NCBI GenBank assembly: GCA_010405405.1
Contig: MU004247.1
Coordinates: 1 to 64,000 of the forward strand
From: Microthyrium microscopicum
Taxonomy: Eukaryota
Direction of reading: 5' to 3'
Length of the DNA stretch: 64,000 bases
Within the stretch, counting starts at the first letter, position 1, and the number at the start of each line of letters is the position of its first letter. The position numbers and the translations under genes are program-made. Positions 20,207 to 33,326 of the stretch are shown piece after piece. Under the pieces are notes generated by a model that saw nothing but the letters and a program-made list of their open reading frames with translations, searched no databases and had not been told where the DNA came from.

Positions 20207-22261
20207 CCTGTGAAGGAAGAGTATAAACTATTCTTTGAGCAGGTCTGAATGTATGTATTGTATCGGGCACTAGGTTGCCATGGGAAAGTTGATAATGATG
20301 TCCTAGAAACTGCGCATAACGCTTAACGACAACAAGAAGAAGGGATCAAAGAAAGTCAGCAAGGAAGAACGACAACGACAAAATGGGCAGCAAAAGCATG
20401 AAAACATCACTGTCCAAGAACAGCCACTAAATGAGCGGGATCCGCTCCAAAAGCGTCGAGTTATGAAAGTAGAATGGTAACATTCCCAGGGTGCGTGTAA
20501 AGGCGATTCGACCATCAGTGTGGTTGGTTTATACGAATAACGGCTGCATGTGGCTGGAAGAGCTGCTTGTTCAGTCGTATTTTGGCCCATGTGCCCACGA
20601 ATGAAATGTTTTGACCACTTACCGTTGCAGTATTGCTAAGAAGTAATACTCGCAGCTCGCATTAGCTACGTGGTGAGTTGTGTCTTGGCTAAACAAAGCA
20701 CTAGATCGCTTCACTCGTCTTGATTGACATGAGAGACTGTGACTTGCATCGTTCAATACTTTACTTTTTATTTTACAACCACGAAAACTCGAGTTTCCAA
20801 GACCTTGGCGATCTATGAGCAGCCAAACAGACTGAAAAATTTGGTGGCTGCAGAGCGGCTGAACACGATGGATTGAAAAGAATTGCAAGATGGACCTTTT
20901 GTTCAGCCTGATATAAAAGAGCTGTGCGTTGACGCTTGAGAGGGCTTCTAGTGGATAAGACTTGCCTGTTTTGGGCAAAGCCTGGTCTCACCGGTTGGGG
21001 CCAAAGGCAGCCAAAGAGGACTTCAACTCCAGTCCAGTCTGCATCCAGCAGCATCGAGCTTGCGGCTCAAGCGGTTCGCTACCAGCCTACCACATCACCT
21101 TTATCTTTCATTCATCTATCAATCTGCTATGCAAAGTTGGAAGGGTATAGACAATTATCTGGTCCTTACATAGGTAGGTAATCAAGAGCAATCGGATTAC
21201 TTCCCAGCGTAAAGAATCGACCATTTGATTCATCACTCATTTCAGGGGAATCTCTGAAAACAACCAATGTTGAAGAGAGCCACAATCATCACTAATAACG
21301 CCCACACTAACAGGTGCGCCCACCCCTGAGCACTTGAAAACAATGAAGTTATTTAAAGACACGCATCTCAGACACCCTTTCAACCTGACGGTGAATGGTG
21401 ATTTGTGTCTTAACTGTTCAGAATCACGAATACGCTCCTTTATACCAACGGAATCTACTGATCCCGAGATTGAGTACCGGTAGTCGTCAGTTTATGCTCG
21501 TTACTTGGACTTGGCTTTGGGTACCAAGAGAATTTGGACTGCATGCTATCTGCATGTCATTCACGTACACCTGCAGATTTGCGTCGTGTTGCTTCAACTG
21601 ATGACCTTGATATGAATTACTTTAAAAGTCTGGTGTTTGGGATCTTATGCCTTATATCTGCTGGTCAATACTGCATCGTGTTTACTCAACTGATGACCTT
21701 CATTTGAGATACATCACAGGTCTGCTATCTCGCACCTTATGCCTTTCATTTGCTGATCAAAACTGTGATAGAGAGATTAGTTCTAGTATACTACCAGATA
21801 AGATATACTTTGTATGCTCAACTCTATCTTGTCATTGAGTCCAATGGCGGTTTTACTTGGACCCCAAATCACATTGAACATTTATCAATGCAATGCTCTC
21901 TTCGCAACGACGACTAATCTACAGTTCGATGAATCCGAGATTGATATATTCTCAATCAAATCGTCTCACCCTCCGAAGAACCTTAATGTCCATAAATGTA
22001 AGAAGCACTGATCTACAATCACTTTAACGCTTCACAATATCAGAATGAAGTGAACGATGATGCTTGCGTGCCCAAAACATAAAAGTCTACCATTCGTGCT
22101 TGTACGCGGTCAATTGCTGCTCTGAACCAAAACCATAAAATTACGTTGCTTTGTATAATTTGTTCCTATTACCATCATACCCTGCGCACTCGTCTTCTAA
22201 GCAAGTAGATCGCTCAAAACACCTTTCAAACCCACCTCACCACTCTCAGTAGCCCACCCAT

Positions 22262-23369
22262 TCACAACCCAGCCTTTGGTAGCTTCGCGATAGTAAACAC
22301 CAACTTTTTCCCAGACACTTTCCCCTCCTTCATATCATTTAATCCCGCCAGGATGTCATCAATCCCCCCTTTAACTTCAAATTGCACAGGCTTGACCTTC
22401 CCCTCATGGATCAGTTTTTCTGAGATCTCAACAAAGTTCTTCATAAACTCAAAATCCTCCTTACTAGCTGGACTCTCGCGTCCGCCCTTGACATATGCAT
22501 CGCCAATGCTCGTATACATCATCGTCGCCGTCTGACTCACATCCGAGCGCGGACCCTTTGGACGTAGAATAGTTCCCCATTTCAGCGTCACGCCAGCGGG
22601 AGCAGGCTCAGCGAGAGCATCAGCGACGATTTGCGGACTGGAACCTTCGCTGATGGCGTCCCAGGCGACATAGAGCTTGTTGTTGGTTGCTTTGCGGATG
22701 TCAGCGCCGACGGTGGAGGAGCGGTAGTCGTAAACTGCGCTGGCGCCGAGAGATTTTACGTATGAAAAGTTGTGAGGCGATGCGGTGGCGAGGACGTCGA
22801 AGCCGGAGCTGGAAATGGTCAGGTTGCATGATACATAGACAGGCTTTTTGCACTTACGCGACGCCATATTGGATTCCGTAGGAGCCCATGGCTGAACTGC
22901 CGCCATATATGAGGAGGGGTGTCTTTTCTTTGATAGGCTGATTGGGAAGTGGGAGCTTCATTGCTTGATACATGCCCTGGCCGACAGTTGCTACGCCCAT
23001 GCCGAGGGTAGCGGCAGCTTCGAAGCTCATATTCTCGGGAATGTGCATTTGTAAATCGCCTTTGGCGACGCAATATTCTCCAAAGGCGCCATCGTCGGTG
23101 TGGGATTCATTGCAGCCGTGCAGCACGCCGAAGACACGATCGCCAATGTTGAACTTTTTGGTGACGCCTTCGCCAATGGCTTCAACAACGCCTGAGTAGT
23201 CGCAGCCGACAGTCACGGGAGCATCGACAAAGCCAATGTGCTTCCAGTCAGTGGGATTGAGAGCAACAGCTGCAACTTTGACCAGTATATACCCCGGTCG
23301 AAGGGATGGTTTTGGAGCGTCAGAGACCAGCTTGGCGTTGCCAGGGGATTGAACTTTGACGGCCTTCAT
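22262..23369 (-). CDS. MDR-family trans-enoyl-reductase-like oxidoreductase (ToxD/LovC-like)
   Basis: [40 protein letters not shown] and GKVSGKKLV motifs; one intron at ~22809-22858. Confidence 0.9.
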
Positions 23370-24190
23370 AATGAGAGTAATTCAACGAGTTCCTAGAAAA
23401 GGATGATTCTTGTACAGACACAAAAGTGATGATTCAAGCGACTCCGACTGTCACAGATGTTGGTCCACTGGTAGAGCTTTGTATGATGCGATTGTGGGGC
23501 ATGTATACAGGGAGCTTCCGAGGATCTTCTGGAGCTCCAGTACGACAGTACTCTAAATGCGCACATTCGGAGATATGTCGGTTATGCTGACATCAAAACA
23601 CGTCATTTACATTTGAGGCACTGGGTTTGTCATTTCGTTGCATTTGTCAGAGGAATCCTGTAGATTTATAAGATCCTCTGATTCCTTGGAATTCATTCAA
23701 GTAGTATCAAGCCATAGGAGTGGTGGATAAGCCTTGTCAGTGTTGCACCAGTTTTGATTGTTGTGGTTTAGCATCAGTAGCATGCCATACTACAAGTCCT
23801 AAGCCCGAAAGAATAACCGAAAACCAAGAATCGATGTTGTCCAATTTTTATGTTGAAGCAAAAGCCTGTCAAGAATTCAGAACCATGTAGACCATGCCGA
23901 TAGCATCCTAACGAAGGTCCAAAACCCGGAGTGATTGAAGAGCAACTGCCAAAAAGCGACCGAATCACCGTTTTTTTTTAGACACAAAGTTAACAATGTA
24001 GGGTGTTAACGTCCCGGGAACAAAGTAAAATATTCGCATGACACCTGCAGTCCGATGACTGGACTGTTTTCCTGAGCAGTTGATACTCTTGGATCGAGTA
24101 GGCATTCTAGAAGGGTGAGTAAAGTCCAATAAATATTGAAAGGCCATAACAAGGCAGTACATGAGAAGAGAGGGATAGTAAAATGGATAT

Positions 24191-25595
24191 TCACCAGTAG
24201 CGTGGCCGATCGTAACCACCCTCGTAAGGTGGTCGTCTTGGGCTTCGTCTACCGTCAGATGGTGGGCCGCCATAGGGAGGACGACCATGGCCATTCATAT
24301 AAGGCTCGTCGTAAGGGCGACGTGGTGGTGGGGGTCCACGAGCATCGTAAGGGTCTTCCGGATAGCGAGGTGGAGGACGTCCATAGTCGTCTCCAGGCCC
24401 ACGCGGTCCGCCTCTCGGTGGAGAGCGACCATAACGGTCGTCATAGTATCGTGGGGGAGGAGTGCGGCGTCGATAATCGTCGCGACGAGGGCTATAGCCG
24501 CGAGGAGGACGTCTACCATAGTCATAGTCATCTGGAGGACCAGGTGGGTAACCTCCACGTCGATATGGACCTGGGGACCGGGACCGATGGCGCTCTCTAT
24601 TGAAAGTTCGCTCATCCTGAGGCTAAAAGTCATGTCAGTGGGTGTCGAAGTGAGACTGGGAGAATTACGTACATCCGAGATGCAGTGAACGGTTGCTCCT
24701 TTAAACTCTTGGTTGTCGAGTTTCTCGACAGCATTTTTGAGGTCAGCAAGAGTTTCATACTCAACGAAGCTAGGTTGGTGGTTAGCGTTTTTGGACTTGA
24801 CTGGTATTTCAAAAAGCTTACCCGCGGCCATCTCGTTCCCGATTGACTTCAGAGTAGACCACGTCCAGTCCAGGCTGGCGAGCAAAATCCTTCAAGTCCT
24901 AAAAAGAGGTAAGTGGGATATTCTCAACTTTACCCAGAAGAAGAAGAAAGTAACGACAAAGACAAAGACGGTACTTCTGGTCTGTATTAAGAGGGAACAA
25001 CTAACCTGCCAACTGGTGTCTGCTGACAAGGCAGTGATAGACATGCGAAATGGTGTTCTACGAGGCCGAGGAGGGGGACGCTCTTGATGAGCAAACGGCT
25101 CCCGGCGAGAGCCTTTGGCAAATTGCACGACTAGGCGTTCGCCCATGAACTGAGTTCCGTCTACAAGTATTTCGGTCAGATTTTGGTAAGGCTGAAAGTC
25201 AGTCACAACAAATACGTACGGAATGCTGTGAGAAGTTAGCATTGACAAACTCGCAAAGAGCAAGGGATAAGAAACAAACCAGGTACAACATCTCGAGCAT
25301 CCATTTCATCGTCATATTCGATAAATCCAAAGCCGTTCATGAGCTTGATTTCCTTGATGGCGGCGTTTCCATGTTGGGCGAAGTGCGTTTCCACATCGGC
25401 CTTGGTAGCTATAGAAAATCCAGAGTCAGCAGGGAGAAACGGTTGGTATCCAAAAAAACAGCTCTCTAGGATGGCGCATCCAGAAGACCAGGAGGACTAG
25501 TGAAGAAGGCGGCCAAGCTGAGTGCAACAGAGTGTCATACCAGATCGAGGGAGGTTGCCTAGGTAGAGGCGAGTCGACGAGACGTCAGACGTCAT
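24191..25595 (-). CDS. SR-like pre-mRNA splicing factor with two RRMs (Srp2-like)
   Basis: Multi-exon; TRLYLGNLP, NGFGFIEY, SWQDLKD pseudo-RRM signature, R/S/P/Y-rich tail. Confidence 0.9.
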
Positions 25596-25947
25596 GGTGG
25601 GAGTTGAGGAATCCAGCTTGAAGGGCCAGGCTAGAGAAATCCCTTGAGGAGCTGGAAAGGTAGGCTGATTACCCAGGATATGCTGGTGATGGATATAAAG
25701 GCAGATGGTTTATAAATGGTGGTGGTGGGGATGGGAGGGAATGGTTGGGACAGATGGACTGTAGAGACTCAAGGAATTTAAGAAAAGCTCGGGCGGCTAT
25801 TTCAAGTTGATCACGAGTATCTACTGGTCGTGGTTATACGCGCGCTAGGTCAAGCTCGAAAAAGTTATGGCTCTGTGAGAGTTCCTCAACTAAATCATTC
25901 TCGCAAGCACAAGCACAATGCAATTGTCTTAATAAACTCTCAATCGA

Positions 25948-27613
25948 ATGGCTATGGCTACAAGGATGCCTCGCTCATCCCTTTCACCCTGTGTCTTTTG
26001 TCAATTCTCTCTCCAGGCGCGGCAATTGTCACCACGAACTCCTGTTGCCTTTGCCAGCACTCAAACTCAACAAGTCACAGTTGAGTTATTACAGCCTGTT
26101 CCACAATGGGGTCCTCCTGGTAGATAGCTCGCTGGCAACTATCCGAATATTATTGACTGAGTATTAGGCACCATCCTTAGAGTAGCCCCTGGCTTCATGC
26201 GCAATAACCTTCATCCCAAAAAACAAGCACGCTATATCGTCGGCGACGAACTGAAGCAGATCTTACAATCCAACATAAAGTTCGAACGTCAGCGCTCATT
26301 CCTCCTAGACGAAGTGCTTGAGCAGCGCAGAATCAAGGGAGAAAATAAGGCACTTCGGATTGCAAGGAGTCAGGATTCATACCTGGAGTTTATACAAGAT
26401 GAGAAACTAAGGAAGTCTATGGACGATGAGATTGTCAAGGCAGCAAACAAGGCAAGACAATCTGCAGAGAAAACCCCAGGTGTCGATACAGCCTCTGCAG
26501 ACCGCGCTCAGGTGGCAAAGGCTTGGTCGGCAATCTTGGAGGACGCAGCGCAGAAACCTACCAGGGCCGAGCAGGAAGATTTCTTGCGACAGGCTTTAGG
26601 AGGTCAGAAGGAAGCTTCAGCTAAGAGCGAGGGCAAGAATGCGGCCGTCAACGAGTCTGAAGATCAGAGGCTCGAAACCGATTCAGTCCTCCCTCCCGAG
26701 CGGAGGTTCGACTATTACATGAAACAAGCCAGGGAAGCATTGGAGGAGGAAATGGGTATAAAACGCACTGCTCAAGCGCTGGAGGATATGATTCAGCACG
26801 AAGAAAAGCAAGGACATAAAGCATCAATTCAGAAGCCTATAGTAAGTGTAGCCGAAGCCTTGTCCGTGATTCAGCTAACAATAGTAGACTGGTGAAGCTT
26901 TAGGTCGTCTTCCAGAACTCCTTGGCCCAACCTATACATTTGAGCGCAAACCTATACCCTCCAAATCTGATCAAGCCTTGTCACAACCGAATACTCCAGA
27001 GACAGCGATTTTTGGATCTGTAAACAAGTCTGAGATTGTTCAGGCTGTTCGAGCACGTCTTGCCTCGGATGCGGCACTAAGCAGGATTAACATCAAAGAG
27101 GAGCACATAACCATCACGTCCAACTCGGAAGATGGAGCTCGACTCAAACAGCTCGGCGTTGCTGAAGTTGAAATCAACATCCTGCCAGGAGTTTCTGTAT
27201 CCACAATTGTGGAAGTCAAGTCAGACTCTACAGCAGAAGACGAGGATAAAGCAGTCGAGAATTCAGATCTTGTACGGCCATTAGATGCTTCAAGAAAACC
27301 AGTTCCGTGGAAACTTAGAATATCGAAACACACGTTTAATCCTGCACTTCCAGTGACAAAGGCATTGAATTTGGACCTGTCAGATTCGACAACCAACAAA
27401 CGGGTGGGTAAAAAGAGGGATAAGCAGAATGTTGTGCGTAGAGTTCAAGATGAGACGGAAATGGTTGAAAGAGGAGGTAAAGTGGACAAGCCGTTTGTTA
27501 TCAATTATACTGATGGAGGGTCATGGGACACCAACTATGAAATGCAACAGCGTCGGGCCGAATCTCGAGGAGTAGGAAATGATGAGGCGGATGATGGCAA
27601 TGAAAGCAAGTAG
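25948..27613 (+). CDS. Mitochondrial ribosomal protein L9 (bL9m)-like, enlarged
   Basis: Arg/Ser-rich presequence; VELLQPVPQWGPPG|TILRVAPGFMRNNLHP (L9 N-domain); AIFGSV...RLKQLG (L9 C-domain); two introns. Confidence 0.75.
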
Positions 27614-28602
27614 GAAGACTAGTGGCGTTGAGGTGTCTACTGGCTGAGCAAGATGATGGGCAAGGCAAAGATGGTAGTCGGAAATGAAAGCAAGTAGAGA
27701 AGCAGTTGAGCATTTACATGTAAATCTAACAATGTATAAATACTATGTAAGCAGTGAATAGACAAAATGCTACAACACTAGCAAATACATAGTGTAGCCA
27801 AGCAAGAGCTTGTTAGAACAAGCGAGATGGCACGGGAAATGTTGACGAGAGGGACAAGGCTTGCTCGTGAGGATAATAGGTCAATGGTGTAGTATATTGT
27901 ATCACAGACCAAGCAAGCCATTTGAAGTCGCCCGCGGTTGAAGGGAGGTTAAGGCTGATGGTTCGGCAACAGTCGGAAGATGAAGTATTGGTACTGGGCT
28001 ACTACTGGCACGCTCAAACTGCTTTGATGAGAGACAGCAAACACATAAAAGCCCTGACAGCTTCCGATATTCGCCCAGTTGAAACCATAAACTCTGAATA
28101 CAAGAACCAAACAACGATTAGCAATACCTGTCAAGCTTGTGTACACTCATACCACCCACCTCAAATTGACAAAAGTGAGGCTTTTATTCTCATCTCACTC
28201 ACTACCTGGGTATCAATCTACCTCAAGCTTTGGTAAGTACTACCTCCTACCTACATACCTGTTACAACATCTACCAATCAAACCCATACATTTTATCGCT
28301 CATTGCTTGCATGTGGTTGCAGCGAGCACTTGAGCAGTAAAAAGACAATTCACCCCACTCTGTCGTAATGTTGCTCAATCTTTGCACGAGTCTGGATAAA
28401 TAGATTAAGACTGCAGTGGCCTTAACTACTATCCCTCACCCATTGACGAGCTTCCACTCAAGCTGCCCCACTACTACATCTTCCTGTCCCAATTTCCCCC
28501 CGTCAACAACTTTCTCAGAGTATCACAACAATCCTCTAATCTGCCTTTCTCATAGACTATTCTCAAACAATCAACTAATCCAACTACTTCAACTACTTCA
28601 AC

Positions 28603-29885
28603 ATGGGTGCTGCCGATGTCCTCTCCCGAAAGGCTGGCGTGTAAGTCTCTCTTCTCAAGCAACATCGCTCCAATCACTGACCAATATATCCTCAGTATCG
28701 TCGGCGATGACGTTCTCAAGCTCTTCAAACATGCTCAAGAAAACAAATATGCCATCCCCGCAATCAACGTAACCTCATCCTCCACTGTCGTTGCCGCACT
28801 CGAGGCTGCTCGTGACAAGAAGAGCCCCATCATCCTCCAAACCAGCCAAGGAGGCGCTGCCTACTTTGCGGGCAAGGGCGTATCCAACGATGGCCAAAAT
28901 GCAAGCATTCAGGGAGCTACTGCTGCTGCTCACTACATTCGTGCTATCGCTCCAACCTACGGCATTCCAGTTGTCCTTCATAGCGATCATTGCGCCAAGA
29001 AGCTTCTTCCTTGGCTCGATGGCATGATTGAGGCTGATGAAGCTTACTTCAAGGAGCATGGCGAGCCTCTGTTTTCCTCCCACATGATCGATTTGTCCGA
29101 GGAGGAAGTTGCCTGGAACATTGAAACCACTGCCAAGTATCTCAAGCGATCGGCACCAATGAAGCTCTGGTTGGAGATGGAAATTGGTTTGTGAAGCACT
29201 CTACAAAGCTGAAGACTCGACCTAACATGCAACAGGTATCACTGGTGGTGAGGAAGATGGAGTCAACAACGAAAACGTTGACAACAACTCTCTCTACACT
29301 CAGCCAGAAGACATCTACGAGTAAGCTACCTCCCGTCCAATTTTGACCTTATCTCATCTCTCCTAGGATCTACAAGACCTTGAGCCCAATCAGCCCATAC
29401 TTCTCCATCGCCGCAGGTTTCGGTAACGTCCACGGTGTCTACAAGGCAAGTACATTTTCCCTCTAAACCCCTTCCTCGACTAACTCTTCTTCCAGCCCGG
29501 CAACGTCAAATTGCACCCAGAACTTCTTGACAAACATCAAAAGTATGTCAAAGAAAAGTCCGGCAGCAAAGAAGACAAACCAGTCTTCCTCGTCTTCCAC
29601 GGCGGTTCCGGATCCACCAAGGAGGAATTCTCCGAAGCCATTAGCTATGGTGTCTGCAAGGTCAATCTCGATACCGATCTGCAGTGGGCCTATCTCCTCG
29701 GCGTGCGTGACTATGTGCTCAACAAGAAGGACTACATCATGACCCAGGTCGGCAACCCTGACGGTGATGACAAGCCCAATAAGAAATACTACGATCCACG
29801 TGTCTGGGTGCGTGAGGGCGAGAAGACCATGTCGAAACGTGTGCAGGAGGCTCTTGTTGATTTTAACACTGCTGGTCAAGTCTAG
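28603..29885 (+). CDS. FBA1: Fructose-bisphosphate aldolase, class II
   Basis: AIPAINVTSSSTVVAALEAA, HSDHCAKKLLPW, EMEIGITGGEEDG, FHGGSG and YYDPRVWVREGE; four short introns. Confidence 0.97.
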
Positions 29886-30168
29886 GGAAAAGTTTGTAAA
29901 AATTCAAGGCTGAAAATTCAAGTAACACGATTCTTGTCTTGCTTTGTTTAGCTAGAAAATTCTTCATACCGTCAAATACGGCGCCTGTTGTATACGAAAT
30001 CTTAGCTTGTCTTGCTTGTCTCACGGCTCCCATGCAGAGACATCAAATTGATACCACATTCCCATCATCATTAATTCATGTCCAAACTTCATATTCATTT
30101 TCAGGCTTATATACGCCCTCACAATCTCAAATCTGTCCCGTATAAATCACACCCAATCCCAATCCAAT

Positions 30169-31122
30169 CTATATATTTCGTCCACCCGTAACACTAATCG
30201 TCTGCCCACTAACATAGCTAAACAAAGGACTCGCCACCGCCAACACAGCCTTAGCTGCCTCCTCCGCTGTTCCTGGTCGTCCTAGCGGAATATCGGGATA
30301 TGTTGGTGCCTTGTCTGCTGCACCGCCGGCTTTTGCTGCTGCTTGGGCACTCGGAATTCCCAACGCAACCTTTGTCCCATCCGGCAACACCGCCGCCGCA
30401 CCCGCCTCCTTCGCCGCCGTCAACCGCGTCTGAATATGTCCAAACGCAACCGTATTCGCGCGCACACCGAACGCAGGTCCCCATTCCTTCGCAATAGTCT
30501 TCGTGAATCCCGTCACACCCGCCTTGGCCATCGCATAATTTGCTTGGCCAGCATTTCCATGGAGACCGGACGTACTTGAGATGTTGATAATGTTTCGTGG
30601 TTCACCGTCTTTTACGCGGAAATAGGGAGCGGCAGCGCGCGTGATCTTGAACGGCACGGAGCAGTGGAGGGCGAGAATAGTGTCCCATTGCTTGTCAGAG
30701 GTCTTGTGGATGACGGCGTCCCAGGTGAAGCCAGCGTTGTTGATGATGATGTGGATTTTGCCGTTGCCGAATTCGGCGGCGGCTTTGACGAGGGTGGTTA
30801 TGTAGGAATCGTTGAGGAGATCGCCGGGGACTGCGAGGGCGGAACCGCCGGAGTTGTTGATTTCTTTGGCTATGGCGTTTGCTTTGGCTAGAAAATATTT
30901 GTTAGCTGGAGGTTTTGGTAATTGGAACAGATGGTATGGTATTTCCTTACCAGCATCGACATCACTAATAACGACCTTCGCCCCCTCACGGGCAAAAGCT
31001 TTCGCAACTTCAGCGCCAATTCCTTGGGCGGAGCCGGTGATTATTGCGACTTGGTCTTGGAGGAGGCCGGAAGGGTAGTTTAGGTGGGCAGCGATTTGGC
31101 CGGCGCGGGAGGCAGCAGACAT
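30169..31122 (-). CDS. Short-chain dehydrogenase/reductase (3-oxoacyl-ACP reductase-like)
   Basis: TGSAQGIG, NNAG and YAMAK catalytic motif; one frame-preserving intron at ~30889-30951. Confidence 0.92.
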   Translation of the reverse strand: MSAASRAGQIAAHLNYPSGLLQDQVAIITGSAQGIGAEVAKAFAREGAKVVISDVDAGKEIPYHLFQLPKPPANKYFLAKANAIAKEINNSGGSALAVPGDLLNDSYITTLVKAAAEFGNGKIHIIINNAGFTWDAVIHKTSDKQWDTILALHCSVPFKITRAAAPYFRVKDGEPRNIINISSTSGLHGNAGQANYAMAKAGVTGFTKTIAKEWGPAFGVRANTVAFGHIQTRLTAAKEAGAAAVLPDGTKVALGIPSAQAAAKAGGAADKAPTYPDIPLGRPGTAEEAAKAVLAVASPLFSYVSGQTISVTGGRNI

Positions 31123-31840
31123 GATGGGCGACTTGATCTTTTCTGGAACAATGAAGGTTTGATGAGAACGTTGGTATAGGTGGAAGGAGGCAGGTGTAGA
31201 AGAAACTGTCCTGTGCCTTGATGCGAGCTTGCGGGTATTTTTGGTGGTGACTTAAGGTCAATGTATTCGGTTACGGAGAAACGGTTATCGTCTGGCGGGA
31301 TCTGGGGTAGTGAGGTTCATTGTTACCGAGGCTGAACGATTTGCTGCCAATGTGAATGCAGACGGAGAAAAAAGCAATGCACTGTGTGATTGGCTGCGAA
31401 GCCAACGGTAAATGTGGAGATTTCAGCCTTGTAGGTATGTATGATATAGCACAATTTGCTAAAAGACTTGTTGAAATGATGCGCTCTGTGCGGCTATTCA
31501 TTGCTTAGCGCTCTAGACCTCGCTCTGAATTAACTACCTAAAATAACGAAAAAGGGCCGCCCTGCTCTCATAACGATTCTAGCTATGAAGCTGCGCCGAG
31601 ATGTCTTTTCAAAGTGTGCCTGCCCATGACTTAACCGGAATGATAGAAAATGCAATGCAAAATGACAAATAAGCCGCCTAAAAGCCGCGGTACCCGTAGG
31701 TTCCCTCATGATTGCTAAAAACCGAAAGTGAGTAAGAGTGAAAGAATGGAAAAACAGATTATAAGCATTTAAAGACGATGCTAGTGGTTACTTGAAGGTG
31801 ACGAGTTTAAAGCCGAAAAGATCAACGTGTCGCAGGTCAA

Positions 31841-33326
31841 TCATACGCGCGCTTTTACCTTTTCAGTCTGGAGAATGTCTTTGAGGTCTCGTCGAGGCGC
31901 GTAGCTCTCACATGCACCTGCAGAGTCTGCGATTGAATACCAGGACCAACGATTGACGCTTTCTTCGTCCAGCGTTCCGTCGAGCATGGCGACCACATAC
32001 TCGCCGAGGATGGGCAGAAACTTCCAGGCGTGGAAGGAACCGCCGGCGGCAACGTAGAGATTTTCACAGGCGTCGTGTGGGCTGATGATCCAGCCTTGGT
32101 TTTTGGTTACCACGTCCCTATATCAGTGTAAGAGGTGATTTGTAGAAGGAGTAGTGAAAGTTACCAACACATCCGATATGACTCGGGCTGAAAATCCTCC
32201 ATATATGGCCCATACGTCCCTCTAAGAACTTTCATGGCCTCCTCTTTGAGCACTTGAGGAACATCCTCTGCCCAACATGAATGCTTTACTGAGTCGGGCG
32301 GGCTTGAGAAGTGTGTGTTGGATGCTGAATGGTAAATCATGTGAGTAAAGCTGAGCTCGTGATTGACCTTGATGAAGCCGCCTTCAGGGGTAAGAGGAAT
32401 AGCCTCTCCTATAAGCCAGGGGTTAGCAAGCAAGTAAAGTGAGCTTATAAAGGGTAATATCAAAAGCGTTACACACCAGAAGTATGCGACATTAAGTTGG
32501 CAAAGACCGGAGCGTCCCGATACAGTGGCCACTTTTCCGGATCTACCCTTACTTTACATGACAAGGCTGCAGCAGCGACCAATCGATCTCCTACGTGCAA
32601 TGTGGGATCATTCGGTGCACTATCCGCCAGCAGCTTTGCCGTCGCGGCACCTGTACATAGAATTACGTGATCTGCTCTGAGAACCCGGCCTTCTGCTGTT
32701 TCGATACCAACACAGCGTGGGAGCAGCTGCCCAGTCAGCGCTGCTGTCTCGAGACACACCTTGGCCACTGTCGTTGGCTCATAGACCACACCAATGTCGA
32801 TAGCCGCTTGCAAGAGGGCTCCTAATGCGGGAACGGCCTCCCCCCAGCCGCTGCGAGGATTGTAGTAGGCTCGCGTGACGCCCGTCCAGTTGGCATGTTG
32901 GAAACATGGGAAGCGCTGCCGCACCTCGTCCACATCCAGCGACTCGGCTTGCGTCTCTTGGCCCAATCGCCGGTAGTTGTCCAGAAACACGGCACCCTTG
33001 CCAACGTTTTCGGCAAATAGAATCCCAGTCTCATGGTAAAATGGTTTATAGAGAGGATCCGAGTTCCAAGCTTCCATTGCCTGCAGAGCCAACTTCATAT
33101 AGAAGATGTCATGGTAGTCGGCGCGAATGATCTTGTTGAGGTCAAACGAGGCCGCGGAAGGGTTGGGATATAAATAGCGATCCACCAAAACCACAGTGGC
33201 CCATGGCTTGGATCGTTTGAGGTGGAAAGCTGTGCTGACTCCAAAAACCCCTGCCCCAACAATAAGGTAAGATATACCAAGCTCTTCATCTGGCAGCGCC
33301 ATGGGTGGTGGTGATATTGATGGCAT
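31841..33326 (-). CDS. FAD-dependent amine oxidase, sarcosine/fructosyl-amino-acid/pipecolate oxidase family
   Basis: IVGAGVFG, AASFDLNKIIRADY, ILCTGA, YRMCWD and GGSFHAWKFLP; two introns. Confidence 0.9.

Noticed and set aside
21598..21700. CTGATGA motifs suggesting hammerhead ribozymes
   Set aside because: No stem II followed by GAAA and no stems I/III
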